Notes: generated by a model not told the origin, from the letters alone. DNA of 64,000 nt from an uncultured archaeon (GCA_964558645.1 CAZLEV010000003.1:1-64000); one strand, 5' to 3'; counted from the first letter of the stretch, positions 9,180 through 18,920 are shown. A program made the numbers and translations.

Positions 9180-10430
9180 ATGTTCAGCTTCTTCAGAAGA
9201 GACCCAGAGAGCAAAGCCAAGAAGCACGTCGAGAAGGCACTTGATGAAGCTATCGAGGGGTATCCCGATTACGCGAGCAGTGAATACGAGAAGGCTGCAA
9301 GTCTATTCGTCGAAGCGGAGCAGATCGACTTCGCTATCAAGTACTACAGAGAGTCTGCATATTGCGCACTGGAATACGAAGATCACGTTCGTGCTGCCCG
9401 CATGAAGTTGGAGGCGGGAAGACTCCTTGCTCAGGACGCGCAATACCTCCAAGCAGGTTCACTCTATTCGGAGGCTGCAGACCACTTGTTTCGACAGAAG
9501 AAGCCGAGTGAGTCTACGCGTGCGTTGGCAATTGCTGCACTCTGTCACCTAGCCGCTAGGAGTTTCGATACAGCTGTTAATCTCTTCAAGAAATCAACAA
9601 AACGACTCAGCGGGTTCAGTGGTAGCCCCGGTCATGCCCACGAGCTTGCACGGATTGCTGTTGGAGTTCTGTGTGAAGGTGACGAGATTCCAGCAAAGGA
9701 AATTGACGATGCGGTTCGCCGTTTCAAACCTGATGAGAGGGAGAAGACACTAATTGAATTTGTTGTTGCCTCAGTACGACTAGCTCAGCAGACCGAAGTG
9801 GCAATAGAGTGGGCAGGAAAACCCAGAGAGAGCGTTCAGTCAAGGACCCCTCTTGAATTCGAGTTGAAATATGACTGCCCTGTTCCTGTACGAGTTATAG
9901 ATAAACGCTTCAGTTTGTCGAACAGCCTCAGTCTGGTGAAGGAGCCTGACATAGACAGTAATCTTTCCAAAACTGGTTCGTGGTTAGTTGTTGTTAATCC
10001 GGTGTTGAGCGGTGACGGGGTATTGGGTCCGATAAGACTGACACTCGAGGGTCAAGAGGTCTTGGTCAACAAACATAGCAATACCCTCCGATTTGACATA
10101 GAGCCCGCCCCATCGGATGTTGATATTCAGCTCTCGCCAGCTGATATCACCTGCGGGCTAGGGGATGAGCTAGTCTTCGACATCGAGTTGTTCAATGAAG
10201 GTCGAGGTGCTGCAAACAATGTCAATGTGGAATTGAATCTCACGCCCGGGCTAGAGATATCCATCGGAAGTGAATCGAAGTCTATCCAGTTCATAGGTGT
10301 GGGAGAGAAGATGAGACTGCAGTTCTACATCCGGGCAGTACAGGTTGGGGACCAGTCCCTAGTGGTGACAGCGAAGTCAGCAGACGGATCTGTTGACCTT
10401 GAGAGGACAGGGATTGTCCATGTTGATTAG
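9180..10430 (+). CDS. SNAP-like alpha-helical domain fused to two Ig-like (CARDB-type) domains
   Basis: Helical repeats with 'PDYASSEYEKAA', 'AALCH', 'GFSGS'. C-terminal beta-sandwich 'FDIELFNEGRGAANNVNV'. ATG 9180 has a GGAG SD; the ORF track starts at 9165. Confidence 0.6.
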   Translation: MFSFFRRDPESKAKKHVEKALDEAIEGYPDYASSEYEKAASLFVEAEQIDFAIKYYRESAYCALEYEDHVRAARMKLEAGRLLAQDAQYLQAGSLYSEAADHLFRQKKPSESTRALAIAALCHLAARSFDTAVNLFKKSTKRLSGFSGSPGHAHELARIAVGVLCEGDEIPAKEIDDAVRRFKPDEREKTLIEFVVASVRLAQQTEVAIEWAGKPRESVQSRTPLEFELKYDCPVPVRVIDKRFSLSNSLSLVKEPDIDSNLSKTGSWLVVVNPVLSGDGVLGPIRLTLEGQEVLVNKHSNTLRFDIEPAPSDVDIQLSPADITCGLGDELVFDIELFNEGRGAANNVNVELNLTPGLEISIGSESKSIQFIGVGEKMRLQFYIRAVQVGDQSLVVTAKSADGSVDLERTGIVHVD

Positions 10431-10440
10431 TATCGTGTTC

Positions 10441-11223
10441 CTATGATTCTTTCTTCTTATGCCTCTCATGCACTATGTCTAGGCAGGCACCCATGACTTC
10501 TTGGATTGTTTCTTCTTCGTTGAACGATCTGTGTATGTCCTCTGCCATCTCAAGGTGCCCCTCTGTCAGAGCCTTACTGAATGAGAGCAGGGTCTTCAAC
10601 CAGCCCCATCGAGTCTTGTCTATTATCTTCTCTGCCTTTGAAATGCTCTCGCGGGCAGTATCCTTCTCTTCGATAGTTGCATACCCCATGGCAGCAAGAG
10701 ATAGGTCAATCACTGCTCTCTCGGCCTTCCCATCTTGAAGTGCCCTCTCTGCAGCCTGATTGTACAGGTCACCCATGTTCTTAGCACATGTAAGGAAGTA
10801 CTCCCTGTTGCCGAGTCTATGGCATGCATACGCCGCCCAGAGATATGCCTGTGCAGCTGTTTCAATCATATCTTCTTCAAGTGCATACTCGGCCGCGTTC
10901 TCGAAAAGCGTCAGTGCGGTGTCATGTTCACTGACCTTTCGGTATTGGCTCGCCGCCTCGAAATATGCTCGTGCGGCGGTCTTGTGGTCGTCTTTCTCTA
11001 CGCTTGCCTCAGCGTGAATGTGATAATTCTCAGCAGCAAGTCTGGTCATGGCTATGGCCCTGTCCAAGTAGCATTCAGCAGCCTGTTTGTATTGATTGCC
11101 GGCTTGGTAGAACTTCTCTGCTTCTGCAAATTCTCCAGCCAGTCTTTCCCACTGAGAGCATTCGTCTTCCATATCGTGTTCGACCCCTGTAATATCAGCT
11201 AGACCTGTTTCCCACTGACTCAT
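10441..11223 (-). CDS. SNAP-like (alpha-SNAP/Sec17-type helical repeat) protein
   Basis: All-helical, 260 aa, with repeated 'A..Y..AA..Y' units (QAGNQYKQAAECY, TAARAYFEAASQY, TAAQAYLWAA). Confidence 0.6.
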   Translation of the reverse strand: MSQWETGLADITGVEHDMEDECSQWERLAGEFAEAEKFYQAGNQYKQAAECYLDRAIAMTRLAAENYHIHAEASVEKDDHKTAARAYFEAASQYRKVSEHDTALTLFENAAEYALEEDMIETAAQAYLWAAYACHRLGNREYFLTCAKNMGDLYNQAAERALQDGKAERAVIDLSLAAMGYATIEEKDTARESISKAEKIIDKTRWGWLKTLLSFSKALTEGHLEMAEDIHRSFNEEETIQEVMGACLDIVHERHKKKES

Positions 11224-11301
11224 TTCGTCTATTTAGAGGTGTGCTGTACAAATATGTTGCTAGTGCGAACAACATCTAGGAAATTTCGAAAGGACGTTCG
11301 G

Positions 11302-12570
11302 TTATTCGGACAGTTTGAGCTCGGCAAGAATCTCCTTTGCTCTCTCTACATTGATTCGTCCTTCTCTTACTAGCTGCTCCGCAACTCTCTCAACCTCGTC
11401 ACCCTTTGCACCGGCTGTGGCTGCAACATTCCTTGCATGCAGTGCCATATGTCCCTTCTGGATGCCTTCTGAAGCCAGGGCTCTAAGTGCGGCAACATTC
11501 TGAGCGAGACCTACCGAGGCGATTATATGGCCGAGCTCGGTTGAGGTTTCTACCCCTAGAATCCTGACACATGCTCGTGCGACTGGATGGACCTTGGTGG
11601 CCCCTCCAACAAGACCAACTGCCATCGGTATCTCTATGCTTCCTGCGAGGTGCCCCTCGGAGGTCTTTTCGAATTTGGTGAGAGAGCTATAGCCGTCTTT
11701 TGCAGCAAAGGAGTGCGCTCCTGCTTCAATGGCTCTGAAGTCATTACCAGTTGCTATAACAACCGCGTCGATTCCGTTCATGATCCCCTTGTTGTGAGTG
11801 GCACAACGGTAGCGGTCAGCTTCGGCAAATGCCCATGCTGCGATGATACCATCAACCACTTCCTCTCCGCCCAGCATCTCCTTGTCGAAGACTGCTCTCG
11901 AATTCACCAATCGCAGATCTGCAAGATTAGAGAGAATACGGAGCAGGACCTTACCTCCTGATATCTTCTCAATCGTGGGTGCGATGGCCTCAGCCATGGT
12001 GTTGACGGCATTTGCTCCCATTGCGTCTCTTGTATCAACGAGTAGTTCGGTTATGAGCATGGGCCCCACAATTGAGTCGATGACTCGGACTCGGACGTCT
12101 CTTGCCCCTCCTCCGAATTTTACAAGAATCGGATCCTGCTCATTCGCCAAGTCGATAATGTCACGCTTTTTCTCAAGTATTCTCACCTTTGCTTCGAAGG
12201 GTGCGGGTACTTGGACCGCTTGGATTTGAGCTATCATCACCGACCCACTGTCTGTTGCGTGAAATCCTCCGTGAGAGCGAGCAATCCTCGCCGCATTGCT
12301 AGCGGCAGCAACCACAGATGGCTCTTCAATGGCCATGGGAATGAGATAGTCTTTATCATTAACACGGAAATTTGTGGCGATACCAAGGGGAAGAGTCATG
12401 GTGCCAACAACATTCTCTATCATATGGTCAAGAATGTCCATGTCTACTTCTGAGGGATTGACAAGGGGTGCCATCTCTTCTTCGGATAGACCAGTCAGTT
12501 TCTTGAGCCGCTCGATTCTCTCTTCTCTGGAGAGTTTGTAATAGCCCGAAATTCTGGAGTCTTCAACCAT
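11302..12570 (-). CDS. mvaA: HMG-CoA reductase, class II
   Basis: 'IENVVG', 'EEPSVVAAAS', 'DAMGAN', 'HNKGIMNG', 'GIQKGHMALH'. Confidence 0.95.
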   Translation of the reverse strand: MVEDSRISGYYKLSREERIERLKKLTGLSEEEMAPLVNPSEVDMDILDHMIENVVGTMTLPLGIATNFRVNDKDYLIPMAIEEPSVVAAASNAARIARSHGGFHATDSGSVMIAQIQAVQVPAPFEAKVRILEKKRDIIDLANEQDPILVKFGGGARDVRVRVIDSIVGPMLITELLVDTRDAMGANAVNTMAEAIAPTIEKISGGKVLLRILSNLADLRLVNSRAVFDKEMLGGEEVVDGIIAAWAFAEADRYRCATHNKGIMNGIDAVVIATGNDFRAIEAGAHSFAAKDGYSSLTKFEKTSEGHLAGSIEIPMAVGLVGGATKVHPVARACVRILGVETSTELGHIIASVGLAQNVAALRALASEGIQKGHMALHARNVAATAGAKGDEVERVAEQLVREGRINVERAKEILAELKLSE

Positions 12571-12685
12571 ATTCCATCCCGCAAGAAGGTTCCTCGGCAG
12601 TTGCCTAATAAGGCCTGTGTCCGCTCAGATGTCAAGACCATAGGTTTAAGAAATAGCCCCGCAGACCTGCGTTTGGTATTATGAC

Positions 12686-14194
12686 ATGACTTCAGAAGAG
12701 GACTTTGCCGAAACAATATACGGCCTGAGCAAGAAGAGAGGTTTCTTCTGGGGCCCGTCCCCTGAGATCTACGGGGGAAGTGCGGGTTTCTATGACTTGG
12801 GGCCTCTGGGGAAGCTTCTCAAGAACCGGCTCGAGGCTGTTATTCGCTCTTCGTTCGTCAAATCAGACTTCTGGGAAGTGGAGTGCCCCACAGTTTCGCC
12901 CAGGGTTGTCTGGGAGGCATCAGGTCACATTGAAGGATTCATCGACCCTATTACTGAATGTACGAAGTGCGGTCAGACCTATCGTGCAGACAATCTCATA
13001 GAGGAGTTCATCCCTGAAGAGAAGGTAGCCGGGCTGGAGATTGACGAGCTCACAGAGAAGATAGAGCAGTTAGAGATTGTATGTCCTTCTTGCAAGGGCG
13101 AGCTGGGCCCTGTTCAAGAATATAATCTCATGCTGAAAACTGAGCTCGGTCTGGACCAGGAGGCATATATGAGACCCGAAACTGCTACTTCCACTTACCT
13201 GTTGTTCAAGAGACTTCTGACGTTCTTTAGGCAGAAGCTTCCGGGATCAGTGTTCCAGATTGGCAAGGCCTATCGCAATGAGATATCGCCTAGACAGGGT
13301 ATGCTACGATTGCGTGAGTTTACTCAAGTTGAGGGACAGATATTCCTCGTTGAATCGGACGCGAAAGAATGGTCTGGCTTCGAGTTGATCAAGAATGAAG
13401 AGATTCCCCTTCTCCCTGCAGAGGTTCAGAAGACAGACCGTAACGATGTTATGTGGATTTCAGTCGGCGATGCCCTTACGAAAGGGTACTTCCACAGTCA
13501 AGCCTATGCCTGGTGTGTGCATCTTGCTTATCTGATATTCTCAGGGATGGGATTCCCCAAGAACGCAATACGACTACGCCAGCATCTTGATAACGAGAAA
13601 GCTCATTATGCCATAGACGCATGGGATGTCGAGATTTTGACGCGAAGCTTCGGCTGGGTTGAGTGCTGTGGAGTTCATGATCGTGGTGATTATGACCTGA
13701 AGCGCCATCAGGAGTACTCGGGTGAGAATCTCTCAGTCAAGGTGAACAAGAAGCCTGTTGTTCCCAATGTACTGGAGATTGCATTCGGAGTAGAACGTCC
13801 TCTCTATGCACTGCTTGACAATGCCTATGCGGAGGATGAAGAGCGGGTCTGGCTGAAGTTTGCTCCTGAGGTCGCGCCCATTCAAGTTGCTGTGTTCCCT
13901 CTGATGGGAAAGGACGAGCTCATGAAGCCTGCCCTCGAGATATACGAGGAGATCAATGACAGTGGTCTCATTGTCTATTTTGATAAAGGCGGTTCAATTG
14001 GAAGAAGATACCGCCGTCAAGATGAAATTGGAACTCCATTCTGTGTCACAGTGGACTACGATACACTGGAGGATACAACTGTCACTATAAGAGAGCGCGA
14101 CTCCATGGAGCAGGTTAGGGTGAGGCGTGAGAACCTCGTAATGACCCTGAGGAACTTGGTTCGAGGCCGAGTCGAGTTCGAATCGCTTCAGTAA
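12686..14194 (+). CDS. glyS: Glycyl-tRNA synthetase (alpha2, archaeal/eukaryotic type)
   Basis: 'EIYGG.AGFYDLGP', 'RPETA', 'RNEISPRQGMLRLREFTQ', anticodon domain 'SIGRRYRRQDEIGTPF'. Confidence 0.95.
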   Translation: MTSEEDFAETIYGLSKKRGFFWGPSPEIYGGSAGFYDLGPLGKLLKNRLEAVIRSSFVKSDFWEVECPTVSPRVVWEASGHIEGFIDPITECTKCGQTYRADNLIEEFIPEEKVAGLEIDELTEKIEQLEIVCPSCKGELGPVQEYNLMLKTELGLDQEAYMRPETATSTYLLFKRLLTFFRQKLPGSVFQIGKAYRNEISPRQGMLRLREFTQVEGQIFLVESDAKEWSGFELIKNEEIPLLPAEVQKTDRNDVMWISVGDALTKGYFHSQAYAWCVHLAYLIFSGMGFPKNAIRLRQHLDNEKAHYAIDAWDVEILTRSFGWVECCGVHDRGDYDLKRHQEYSGENLSVKVNKKPVVPNVLEIAFGVERPLYALLDNAYAEDEERVWLKFAPEVAPIQVAVFPLMGKDELMKPALEIYEEINDSGLIVYFDKGGSIGRRYRRQDEIGTPFCVTVDYDTLEDTTVTIRERDSMEQVRVRRENLVMTLRNLVRGRVEFESLQ

Positions 14195-14201
14195 CTCTCG
14201 C

Positions 14202-14435
14202 TCATTTCAGTGGCCCGTGTCGCCGCACGCCAGGAAACAAGCTCTGGATTGTTTCTTTCAACGCGTCCTTGTTCACAGTGACGCCTTTGCGCTTCAGAGA
14301 ACTCCAGACGTCATCGGTCACTTCAGAGATGATCCGGTCCTTGTAATTGAAATCCTCTACGACCTTACCAGCTTTCTTCAATTCGAGGGCATGTGATTTC
14401 TTCTCTAGCGAGTATTGGGTGCCAGCGATTCTCAA
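14202..14435 (-). CDS. Small basic hypothetical protein
   Basis: 77-aa ORF filling the intergenic gap. GGAGG SD upstream of a TTG start. Confidence 0.65.
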   Translation of the reverse strand: MRIAGTQYSLEKKSHALELKKAGKVVEDFNYKDRIISEVTDDVWSSLKRKGVTVNKDALKETIQSLFPGVRRHGPLK

Positions 14436-14568
14436 TGTGCATCAAGTCCTCCTTAGCTGTCTGACTTGTTCACCTCTGGTATTAAACGCATCTATGGCCT
14501 AGAGACGTGTGTCTGGAGAAAGAGAGATATAGGCTATCATCTATCTGGCTTATGAGAGAGGGTAACAG

Positions 14569-15018
14569 ATGACCATCGATTTAGAACCGGTTGAAATCAA
14601 GACCATCCTTATAGCGGTGGATGGTTCCGAACACTCAGACAAGGCCGTCTTATATGGTTCTGCCATAGGACCTCCTCTGGGAGCAGAGGTTCTTCTGTTG
14701 TACGTGGTTCCTATGCTGGTGAGCGCGACCCCCTATCAAGATACAGTCTCTGATCAGCCGTTTCTTGCTCTTCAAAAGGTGGGTGAGGACATACTGAAGA
14801 AATCCAAGAAACTAGCTGAGGAGCACGGATGTGAGGTGACGGATCTGATCTCACATGGAGATCCAGCCGGTAGGATTATTGAGATAGCTGAAGAACGGGA
14901 TGTGGATATGATTATAATGGGATCTCGAGGGGTCAGTGGAATCAAGAGGCTCTTTGTTGGGTCTGTGAGTGACAAGGTCACCAAGGATGCCCCATGTCCA
15001 GTTCTTGTTGTCCGATAG
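14569..15018 (+). CDS. Universal stress protein (UspA family, ATP-binding type)
   Basis: 'ILIAVDGSEHS', 'IIMGSRG..GSVS', 'CPVLVV'. Confidence 0.93.
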   Translation: MTIDLEPVEIKTILIAVDGSEHSDKAVLYGSAIGPPLGAEVLLLYVVPMLVSATPYQDTVSDQPFLALQKVGEDILKKSKKLAEEHGCEVTDLISHGDPAGRIIEIAEERDVDMIIMGSRGVSGIKRLFVGSVSDKVTKDAPCPVLVVR

Positions 15019-15065
15019 CCTCCACAATCCAACTTCATGTTACCCAGTGAACGGATGTAACCTCT

Positions 15066-16331
15066 TTGGGGCCTTCGAAGCTAGGACTCTCCGTTGACCT
15101 TGGCACTTCCACAATTCGAGTGCGTCTTCTGGACTTGGAGCATGCTGCTCTTGTGTCTGATGCATCTCTGCCGAACCCGCAGAACCTGATTGGTCTAGAC
15201 ATCATGACCCGGGCGCGATATAGTGCTAAATCCGATGCACATAGAAGAGAAACTCGAAAGATGATTCGGAATGCTGTTGGTGATGCAGTGCTTCAACTTC
15301 TTCATCGCCTTGGTTCAGACATATCTGCAGTCGAACAAGCCGTGCTGGTTGGAAATACGGTCATGCATCATCTCTTCTTCGGCCATGCCGTTGACTCACT
15401 TCTTGACCCACCCTACGAGTCGCAAGTGCATGAGCCCGAAGTAGGAGAGATATCCGATTTGAATATCTGGGCGGGAGCTAGTGGGACCTACTACACACCG
15501 GCTCCTCTCCAGTCCTTTGTTGGCTCTGATGCATTGTGCATGCTGCTAGGGTTCAAGGTGTTGGAACACTCGGAAGCTGACCTCTTCATTGATGTAGGCA
15601 CAAACACTGAGGTCTCTGTTTTCAAAGATGGAACGGGATGGATAGGCTCTGCAGCATCTGGACCAGCATTTGAGGGAATGAGTCTAGAATGTGGTGTTGA
15701 GGCTGTTCCCGGCAGCATAATCGGGTCTTCCATAGACTCTCGGACATTCCGTCCTCAGAACGAAACACTTGCGGATGAACGCCCCATCGGTATATGTGGC
15801 ACAGGGGCTGTGTCAGTACTCGCGGAGCTCAAACGCAAAGGACTCATGAATAGAGCTGGTTCACTCGACAGGTCCACCGATTCGTTATGGCTGACAGAAC
15901 TTGGGGGTTCTAGGTCATACGTCCTATCTCAGGCAGTGGACTCAGGGACTGGAAGACCCATCTACATAAGCCAGCGTGACATCAGAATGCTGCAAGAGTC
16001 AAAAGCTGCCATCGCGGCGTCAATTGTGTCACTCTTGGCACACAGCGGACTTGACGCGGATGAAGTCAGGGGCGTGCATATATCAGGGGCCTTCGGAATC
16101 AATCTTAGCATCGATGATTCGGTTAAGATAGGTCTCTTTCCAAGAATGCAAAATGCAGTCATCGAACGGGCCGAGTCCGCTGCGATAAGGGGTGCAGACA
16201 GGCTCTTGCTTTCCGCCGATTCATTACGTGATCTCGAGAGGATTCGCAGGCAACTGCAATATGTGGACTTCGAGAGTGATGCCTTCTTTCAGAATGCGTA
16301 TGCCGACGCCCGGTTTTTTGAACCGCTCTAA
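15066..16331 (+). CDS. ASKHA-type reductive activator of corrinoid proteins (RACo/DUF4445), without Fe-S domain
   Basis: 'DLGTST', 'GNTVMHH', 'FVGSD', 'DVGTNTE', 'GPAFEG', 'GICGTG', 'QRDIR..QESKAAI', 'SGAFG'. Confidence 0.85.
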   Translation: MGPSKLGLSVDLGTSTIRVRLLDLEHAALVSDASLPNPQNLIGLDIMTRARYSAKSDAHRRETRKMIRNAVGDAVLQLLHRLGSDISAVEQAVLVGNTVMHHLFFGHAVDSLLDPPYESQVHEPEVGEISDLNIWAGASGTYYTPAPLQSFVGSDALCMLLGFKVLEHSEADLFIDVGTNTEVSVFKDGTGWIGSAASGPAFEGMSLECGVEAVPGSIIGSSIDSRTFRPQNETLADERPIGICGTGAVSVLAELKRKGLMNRAGSLDRSTDSLWLTELGGSRSYVLSQAVDSGTGRPIYISQRDIRMLQESKAAIAASIVSLLAHSGLDADEVRGVHISGAFGINLSIDDSVKIGLFPRMQNAVIERAESAAIRGADRLLLSADSLRDLERIRRQLQYVDFESDAFFQNAYADARFFEPL

Positions 16332-16362
16332 TGGGTGTTCGTTCATGAAGCCTGGGTGCCCA

Positions 16363-16851
16363 CTAGTAGATCAGCTGAACACCATCGAACTTCTCCCCTT
16401 TGCGTCGTCTTGATGAAGAGAGAGGTCTTCCGTCCTTTGTACGTACTCTTGGTACCACGATGATATGAAACCTCTTCAGGTTATTCTCAGCCCTGAGGTC
16501 ATTGATCCTGAATGCATTCTTGACTACACTGATCTCATCGGAGACTATCAGGGCATCCAGGTCTTCCATCTTGTCTGCTCCGCCCTCCACTGTGTCAATA
16601 GGAAAAATCATGCACCGCCCCGCCTGTTCTTCCGACTCCAGAAACTCCCATAAAGCCTCTTCTCTCTCTTGATAACTCTCCATCTTGTCGTTCATGTCTT
16701 TCTTCTGAAGGAGCTTCTGGGTGGTGAGACCTACTGCAACTTGTTGCCCGAGGCTCAATGCTGTCCTCAGCAGGTGCTTATGCCCCTCATGCAGATGATC
16801 AAAGGTTCCGGCAAACACGACCTTGTCGTAGGGCCACCATCTGTCGGTCAA
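16363..16851 (-). CDS. coaD: Phosphopantetheine adenylyltransferase (archaeal/eukaryotic type)
   Basis: 'GTFDHLHEGH' (HxGH), 'LIVS', 'DGRPLSSS'. Confidence 0.8.
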   Translation of the reverse strand: MTDRWWPYDKVVFAGTFDHLHEGHKHLLRTALSLGQQVAVGLTTQKLLQKKDMNDKMESYQEREEALWEFLESEEQAGRCMIFPIDTVEGGADKMEDLDALIVSDEISVVKNAFRINDLRAENNLKRFHIIVVPRVRTKDGRPLSSSRRRKGEKFDGVQLIY

Positions 16852-16854
16852 AAG

Positions 16855-18846
16855 CTACATCTCCCGAGTTTCTAGGATGCCAACATCTTCAAGGTCTCTT
16901 ACCAGCATTGAGAGAGTTTCTGGGTTGAACGAGTCAAACTGGAAGCATAGCCTGTCATAGATCTCGGAAAGAGGAGTCCAATCTTCTGAGAGATTCAACA
17001 ACTCATCGACTCTGTTCATGATTCGGGGATCTTCTTCCAAGAGAGGAGCATATTCTGCCAGCTTCTGAGGCTTCTCCTTGATGATGTGAGTTGGCGACAT
17101 CGCATACTTGAGTTTCCTCTTGACTTCGATATCAAATGCGCTGGGATCGAGTTTGAGTTGGTCCTCATCCTTTGCCTCGAGGCCCACTTCTGCGCATGCC
17201 CCCTCGTATGCCTTCCTCAGCACCATCATCTCAGTGGTATACGACATCTCAAGACTGGCCTTCAGTGATTGCAGGAGTGCCTTCTGCTCAGAGATGAGTG
17301 ACCATTCGTCGGCTGCCTTTTCCAGAGTTCTGCGGCCCAGTTCATATGCATACTCGAGCCATCTCATATACCTCGGATAGAGCTTCTCAGGGTTGTCAAG
17401 ACACCTGGATAGCTCGCGAACTCCTCGGAGACCAACTCTCTGAATTATGTCTATTATCTCGTTTCTACAGGAGGCAAGAACTTCCTCCTTGATCACATAG
17501 CTTGGCATTGCAAGACTGAGACCTGTCAGGACTAGCACACTTGACACATACCCCATCTGGCGTTCACATATCTTATCCGGTGTGTCTTCCGAGGTATGGT
17601 AGAACCTGTCTGGATGCTGGTTCAGCATTACCGCTGGAATGGCAAGAGTAGCGTCGGTGAACATGAAGTGGTCGCTGCCGGCCGAATATTCGTCATACTT
17701 CCAAGACAGGGGACATCGAGTACCTCCGTCTGAGTCCTTCCTTTCGTTGCCCGCCAGTTCCGAAAGATAATGCTTGACGACATTGTTCAGTGTGGAGGGG
17801 ACAGAATATGGCGTTCTGAAGAGATGCGTGGTGGAGCCTGACTTACATGGATCAGCGCCGACCATGTCAACGTTTACCACACCCTTGCATCTTGCCAAGA
17901 GCTTCTTCTCTGAGTCTATGAACTGTATCGTTCCATGCCATTCTGGAACCCACAGGAATCTGAGGGAGTGCTTCGGCTTTTCGATGGTTCCTTCTCCAAT
18001 GAGCCGAGATATCACTCGGAGAGTCTCAAGTATTGCTCCTGCTCCAGAGGCGTTATCATTGGCGCCGGGATGGGGGTGGCAGATATGGGCCATAAACCAG
18101 TACTCCTTGGACGGGTCGGTGCCCTCGATGAGAGCTGATAGCACCTCGGCTTTTCCTGCCCCAAGTTCTGCATCAACACTGGCTCGCACTATTACTTCCT
18201 TACCGTTCTGGAGCCACTCCTTCATCTTGACCCCGTCTGCCTGTTTGAGTGAGAAACCGATCCCCGTCTGTTCTCCTTTATCGGGTTCAGGCCAGAATCC
18301 CTCATACCGCCGCAGCTGTGCAATCGCATCATTACCGCTTGGCGGTGTGAAGGTCAGGACACCTGCAGCACCTTGCTCAAGGACGGCCATGCGATGTATC
18401 CGGGAGGCCTTGGACTCGGTAAGAACCAGTTTTCCCTTTACGTCTTTTTCTTCATAGTCATCAGGAGCAAGTCCCTTACCCACATACACAACTTCTCCTT
18501 CGTAATCTCCCTTCTGCGAGTGAGCAATAAGGGAAATAGGCTCAGATTGATAGTCTGCTAGAATCCGCTGCTCAGGGCTGAGTAATTCTAGAGTGGCTGA
18601 TCTGGCCGACCACGCGTAGAGATCATCCCAGGTTTCGATTGAGCCCTTACCTCTGATGTCATAGGAGAATATCTCGGTCTGGACATCGGGGTATCCCGCG
18701 GCTATATCATGAACCGCCTGTATTGCATCGTGAATTCCTGGACTACCTTGAATCCTGTGAAACTGTGAAAAGCGAGCAACAAAGTCTGCAGCTTTCCGTC
18801 CGGATACCAATTTCAATGCGGGTTTTCGTATCTCATCAAGTATCAT
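16855..18846 (-). CDS. M28-family metallopeptidase with PA domain (DUF4910-like)
   Basis: 'HRIQGSPG', 'AHICHP.PGANDNASG', 'VPE', 'DMVG', 'GSDH', 'YHTSED'. Confidence 0.85.
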   Translation of the reverse strand: MILDEIRKPALKLVSGRKAADFVARFSQFHRIQGSPGIHDAIQAVHDIAAGYPDVQTEIFSYDIRGKGSIETWDDLYAWSARSATLELLSPEQRILADYQSEPISLIAHSQKGDYEGEVVYVGKGLAPDDYEEKDVKGKLVLTESKASRIHRMAVLEQGAAGVLTFTPPSGNDAIAQLRRYEGFWPEPDKGEQTGIGFSLKQADGVKMKEWLQNGKEVIVRASVDAELGAGKAEVLSALIEGTDPSKEYWFMAHICHPHPGANDNASGAGAILETLRVISRLIGEGTIEKPKHSLRFLWVPEWHGTIQFIDSEKKLLARCKGVVNVDMVGADPCKSGSTTHLFRTPYSVPSTLNNVVKHYLSELAGNERKDSDGGTRCPLSWKYDEYSAGSDHFMFTDATLAIPAVMLNQHPDRFYHTSEDTPDKICERQMGYVSSVLVLTGLSLAMPSYVIKEEVLASCRNEIIDIIQRVGLRGVRELSRCLDNPEKLYPRYMRWLEYAYELGRRTLEKAADEWSLISEQKALLQSLKASLEMSYTTEMMVLRKAYEGACAEVGLEAKDEDQLKLDPSAFDIEVKRKLKYAMSPTHIIKEKPQKLAEYAPLLEEDPRIMNRVDELLNLSEDWTPLSEIYDRLCFQFDSFNPETLSMLVRDLEDVGILETREM

Positions 18847-18920
18847 TGAGTCCGACCACCGAGGTGCAACGGACTTACAGCTATTAAAGTAGTATTCTAC
18901 TAGTGTGAAAAAGAGTAATG

